A stretch of 64,000 nucleotides of DNA from the human T2T-CHM13v2.0 reference genome, Homo sapiens: NCBI RefSeq assembly GCF_009914755.1, contig NC_060947.1; one strand, 5' to 3'. This document shows positions 56,321-64,000 of the stretch, in pieces. Positions within the stretch are counted from its first letter, which is position 1. The number at the start of each line of letters is the position of its first letter. The notes under the pieces are model-generated. The model ran no database searches. It had not been told where the DNA came from and saw only the letters and a list, made by a program, of their open reading frames with translations. Position numbers and translations under genes: made by a program.

Positions 56321-56867
56321 CTGTGAGTCACTTCATTATTTCTGCTTCTGAAGATTTTAAAAAATGCTATTTTAAGTCACATCAAACTGCCAGCCATAGA
56401 ATACAACACAGCACCTCGCAAATAGAAATGACAACAGCACAACCCATTCTTGGTGAATGAATTTCAGCCCAGCAGTGGCCCCTCAGGGGCTGGGGAGAGG
56501 TTGTCTGTGAGGTTGTGGCTCCTAGGCCACTTTTTGAGAGGTGTTTCAATTCCTTCTTTTTCCATTTAGTAACCTTTTACTCATTCTTCAGGTCCCAGTT
56601 CAAATGTCTCTCCCTTTGAGACAGCCCCTGAAAAACCAGGCGGGCAGGACAAATTTATGGTGGATGTGCCAGAGGGCAGGCTGAGAGAATACCAAGAGGG
56701 GAATTTTTCCCAAGGCTGCGCTTTAACAAGCTCCCAGGTGTCTGGGAAAAATTACAAACATTTTTACAGTTCTTACTACAGGTGCTCTTCAACTTACGAC
56801 AGTGTTACATAAACCCATTGATTAACCAATCATAAATTGAAAATATTGTATGTCGAAAATGAATTTA

Positions 56868-57227
<360 letters not shown>

Positions 57228-57317
57228 TCAGAACACTTACATTAGCCTACAGCTGGGCAAACTCATCTAACACAAAGCCTATTTTATAATAAAATGTTGA
57301 ATATTTCATGGAATTTA

Positions 57318-57695
<378 letters not shown>

Positions 57696-58484
57696 TCATC
57701 ATAAAGTCAAAAAAATCTAAGTTGAACCATCTTAAGTTGGAAACTGTGTGTCTGTGTCTGGGTATTTGTGTTTCTGTGTGTATGCTAACTTAATTATCAC
57801 AACAACCCTGTGATATAGGTACTCTTATTATCTCTATTTTACAGATGAGGAAACAGAGTCAGAGAGGTTAAATAACTTGCCCAAGATCACACATTCAGTA
57901 AGTGGTAGAACCACAATTCAAACAAACATGAGCAATTTAGCTCCACTTACCCTACATTTAGCCACCACAGGATACTCCCCGTGTGGGAAACCCAGCTCCA
58001 TTGAAAGAGCTAAGGAAAATATAAAAGGAAGTTTCAAGAACCAACTGTGATGTAGACCTCTGGGCAGAATGCCTGTCATCTTTGCAGAGGCTTTTGCAGT
58101 TTCCCATGAAGTGGCTCCTGAGGCTTGGTTTGCTTGGGTCCCAAGTATCGTCTCCTGGAGGGGAAAGAACATTAAGGCATTTTTAGAGGGGAAAAGGCAA
58201 ATAATTTTCCTGAGAATGAAATCTTTTTTTCCTAAAAGTTTAGAACAACATTCAGTCATTCGACAACCCTTCATGAAGTGCCTACCATATGCCAGCTACT
58301 CTTCTAGCCCTGGAGACACAGGAGGAAGTAAATGTGAGCAAAATCCCTGCCCTTGTATTTTTGGTCCAGATAATTCTATTCATTCCAACTACTGCCGTCA
58401 CTAAATGTTGTAAGACAATTATTTTATGAACAAATAAAATAAGCACATACACACATATATAATTCACACGCACACACACTTTTT

Positions 58485-58580
58485 TTGTTGAAAAGATACA
58501 TTTATTTTATTTTATTTTTAAACCAAATTTAAGTTCTGGGATATATGTGCAGAATGTGTAGGTTTGTTACATGGGTAAAC
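58485..58580 (-). mobile_element. Very short 5'-truncated L1P 3' end
   Basis: 'tttaagttctgggatatatgtgcagaatgtgtaggtttgttacatgggtaaac', flanked by a cacacacac(a)ttttt TSD. Confidence 0.75.
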
Positions 58581-59034
58581 CACACACACATTTTTAATGA
58601 GACACAGTTGAATGAGAGCAGTGTGGTGCTGGCCTTTGGATTCCAGTTCAGCTCTGACTGTGAGAACCTGGCAAGTCCTGTCAGCTCCTGGATGAGTTTC
58701 CTCATCTGTCAAAGGATAGGGAGGTGCCCTCTGGCTCTCATATCATTTTTTATTCTGTGTAGCCTTACTTTGCTCAGCTATACAATGGGGATAATAATGT
58801 CTCACCCCTTTGCCTGCCCCAGTTTTCTCCTAACTCATGAGATAGATGTGAGATTTATGTAGGTAAGTGCGGGGCTTTCAGTGCTGTCTTTGGGCACACC
58901 TTTCCTCGTTCCTAGAACCTTCTCTCCCCTGCCTTTCCAACACATAGACTCAGTATGAGTAACTCCACCTCTCAGGCAATTAATTGTAAATAAAGGGTAT
59001 GTTTCAATAACATCATTTGAAATGCAAAATTATG

Positions 59035-59860
59035 TACTTCAAAAAATTTCAAACTCACAAAAAAGTTGCAAGAATAGTATTAATTTTTTTTAATCATTTG
59101 ATAGTAAGTTGTCAAGCTGATGCCCCATCACCCCTGAAAGCTTTGGCATGTATCTCCTGCAATCATTAAAAGGACATCACTAATATCTAACCCTCAAACT
59201 TCATTCAAGTTTCTCCAAAGGTCCCAGTAATGTCCTTTATAGCGAAAAGATCCAATCCAGGATCACAGGTAGCATTTAATGTCCATGTCTCTTTAGGCTC
59301 CCTCAGTCTGAAACAGTTCCTTAGTCTTTCTTTGTTTTACATGACCTTGACACTTTTTGAAGAGTACAGGCCATTTCTTATATTGAGGGCCCCTTAATTC
59401 AGGTTTGTCTGATGTTTCCTCATGATTAGGTTCAAGTTATGCATCTTTTACAGTAACAGCACAGAAGCAATGCTGTGTTCTCATTGCATCCTATCAGGTG
59501 GCACATGATTTCAGTTTGTCCCATTACTAATGATGTTCACTTTGATCACTTCATTAAGGTGGCAGTATCTGCCAGGCTCCTCCACTGTAAAGTTATTCCC
59601 TTTGTAATTAATAAGTATTCTGTGGGGAGGTACCCCAAGACTATGTCAATATCCCATTTCTCATCAAACTTTCACCCACTAATTTTAGCATCCATTGATG
59701 TTTCTTGGCTGAATTAATTATTACTACGATGGTTGCCAAATGGTGATTTTCTAATTCAATCATCCCTAAAACATTTATTAGTTGCTTTTTTATGTAAGAG
59801 AAAGCTTTTTCTTCTCCCCATTTATTTCCATATATAAGTATGTGCCTATGAATTCCTATG
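59035..59860 (-). mobile_element. L1MC/ME-type 3' end
   Basis: Motifs 'ttcaaactcacaaaaaagttgcaagaatagta' and 'gtttgtctgatgtttcctcatgattag'. Confidence 0.7.
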
Positions 59861-60265
59861 TTTCTGTAAGATTTTACCAGCCTTTCTTCCCTGTTATTCT
59901 CAAATCTCCCACATAATCTGATACTTCTCCCTTCAGCAGAATGTGGAGCAGACAGGGGTTGAAAACTTAACCTAGTCTCAGATATCTTGTCAATCACTCT
60001 AAGCCACAGAACCCCATTACACAAATTTTACCTCATTGTAATATAAAGAGAATAATAACTACCTTCATTGAGCACTTAGACTGTGCACTAATTTTTTTGC
60101 ATGCTGTATTAGTCAGGGTTCCCCAGAGAAACAGAACCAGTAGGATACAGATATAGACATAGATAAATATAAATATAGATGAAGGGATTTATTAGGGTCC
60201 TCCCATACGTTCTGCCATCCCAGCTTATAGGATGCCATTCTTTCCGGACCAATGTCCTCACTTTT

Positions 60266-61560
<1,295 letters not shown>

Positions 61561-61940
61561 AACAATAAACACCTTGCAAGGCTGAGAGTTCAACTTTCAT
61601 TGTAATTTAGCCAATTGTGTGATGAGGACCTGGGCTTGATTTTCAGTGATTTTAGCCCTGTGGCTGTAGCAGAGAAGATTCTGGCTCAGGGCACACTTAG
61701 AGGCTCTTAGACTATTTATGCAAAGCTAAAGCCAGAAATTTGAAACTCTGAGTTTATCCTTTTCTTTCATCACTAAGGTCGCTGGCGACCTTAGGAGCAA
61801 CCAACCAATGTCATTATATTCCCTGGTTTTCCCCCAAACGAATTAAGAAAACTCATCCTTAAAATTCCGTTCCTTTAGAACCACTCCTGGCACCAAAATC
61901 TGTATTAGTCAAGGTTCTCCAGAGAGACATAATTGATAGA

Positions 61941-61973
<33 letters not shown>

Positions 61974-64000
61974 AAGAGATATATGAGAACGAATTTATTA
62001 GGATAATTGGCTCACGCAATTATGACAGCTGGAAAGTCCCTCGACAGGTTGTCTGCAAGCAGGAGACCCTGAGATTCTCGTACCATGGCTCAGTCCAAGT
62101 CCAAAAACCTCAGAACCAAGGAAGTCAGTGTTGTAACTCTCAATCCAAGGCCAAAGGCCTGAGAAACTGGGAGGCCACTAGTATAAGCCCTAGAGTCCTA
62201 AGGCCAGACAGCTTGGAGTTCTTGTGTCCAAAGGCAGGAGGAGGAGAGTGTCTCAGGTCCAGAATAAAAAGGAAATCCTTTTTTTCCTTTTTTGTTCCAT
62301 GGAGAGTGGGAGGCTGGACCCAGCCGGTTGTATGGTGCCCATTCACACTGATGGCAGATCTTCCCCACTTAGTTCACTGATTCACATGCCAATCTCCTCT
62401 GGAAACACTCTCACAGACAAACTCAGAAGTAATCCTTTACCAGTTCTCTAGGTATCCCTTAATCCAGTTGACAACCAAAATTAACCATCACACATGTATT
62501 ATTTGAATTCATCAATAACCCAACTCTATGAAGTAAGTGTTTTCATCATCTGCAATTTACGTATAAGGAAACCAAGGCATTGAGAAGTTTATTTACTTGC
62601 CCAAGGACACACAGCCCATAAATAACAAAGGGAGGATCTCAGCCTGTAGGACTTCAAAGCTAGTGCCACTAACCACTTTGCAGTCCTGTCCCCAATTTAC
62701 CTCTTTACAAATACAAAAGTCTGGGACCTGACTGAGTAATGATTTTCCAGTTTCTCCTTGATTTTATTTGTTCTCTGGGGCAAACAGCCAGCTTCTCCTT
62801 TAATCTGTCCTCGGAGTAAGGTTTTCTTGAATTGTTCATGGGAACTAGGGTTGAACTAGCTTCCAGGATACAAAACAGAGATTGTGGAACTCTAGGTGTG
62901 AAAAGTCACTAGACTTCAGACACACTGAATTCAATGACCAAATAAAATTGAAAGGAAAAAAATACCTTAACCCCCTTCCTCCTGCCTCCAATGTTAGCTT
63001 CTATAAGACCTAAGATTTTTGGTCTTAGGGTTCAGTTTCCCAGCAAATGCTCCTTTGGAGTGGGGCATATGTAGTGTAGCAAGAGGTTTCATACTCTTCT
63101 GTGAGAGGGTCCAGGTTAATTTCTGAGAGTCCAAGCTGCTTGGAGTTGAGCCCCTGAGGAACAGTCTTCTGGAGTTGCACAGTTTGCAATTCATCCTGGA
63201 AGTCTGACATGTAAGTCCAATAAATGGCAGGCCTTTGCTGAGTGTGGGATCCTGAGAGACCAGTGCCTGGGAACCCCTTCCTCCCAATTCATTCATTCAC
63301 CAAATATTTATTAAGCACCAGATGATGCAGAACAAGGCGAGTAAGATTCTTGATTATAGAATTCCGAATCCTCATTGGAAAACGTAGACAAATAAATAGA
63401 ATTCTAAAAGTGTGATCAATGCTAAAGGAATACAAATACAGCCCCTCATCCAACTATTCTCAGAATTTCTCCCTACTTTCAAAATGTTCCACAATGACTA
63501 TGCATTCCTATATTCATTCGTCCATTCATTCTTTTAGCAAATGATTATTTACTGACAATTGGGTCTGTGCTGGGCACTGAAAGTAGGAGGGAGAGGAAGA
63601 GCAGCCTTCAAAGAACTCGATGTTCAGGCCAAGAAATCATTAAATGATGAGACAATGACAATTCCTGTTGGGAGAGACATAGGCTTCAGTAGGCACAGAG
63701 AAGGACCCTCCGTCTTGTCTGGAGGAAAGTCAGAGAGGGCAAACAAGACTTTGAAGGCTTTCTAGAAGAAGTGGCTTTGAAGCTGTGAGGGGAAGCTTGT
63801 CAGAAAACAGGGTACTTAGGCTTTCCCCAAACCCAGAGGCCTCATGATGAGACAGCAGGTAGAATGAGGGCCACTAGAACTTTGAGACTCAGGAAATATG
63901 TGGTCCCAGGAGTCAGGGATGCAGTCCAACCAATGGAGACTGAATGGCAGCTTGATCTCAGGGAGTATCCTGTGACTAAATCTTGAAAAGCAGGCTAAGT

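Overview
Human (primate) genomic DNA, repeat-rich, with no recognisable spliced protein-coding exon. The main landmarks are: (1) a full-length processed RAC1 retrocopy on the minus strand (about 33037-34029) with poly(A), an 18-bp TSD and an uninterrupted 192-codon ORF. From memory this is RAC1P4 at Xq26.3 in the ZIC3 neighbourhood; this was not verified here. (2) An orphan CpG-island complex of about 6 kb (about 16.6-22.65 kb) with G4 motifs and homeodomain/FOX motif clusters. (3) A full-length decayed L1PA7-like element (25075-31968) containing an AluS and a 230-bp polyadenylated retrocopy that I recognise as rDNA intergenic-spacer (IGS) sequence. (4) Many Alu, L1, L2, MIR, MaLR/ERVL and DNA-transposon relics. 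The most interesting signals are the rDNA-IGS retrocopy, the D57N-bearing intact Rac ORF with a CpG-retaining 5' end, a 37-bp-stem hairpin inside an LTR16, a solo poly(A) insertion with a perfect TSD, and two inversion-bearing Alus. Repeat subfamily names and the boundaries of old repeats come from recognition by eye and are approximate.
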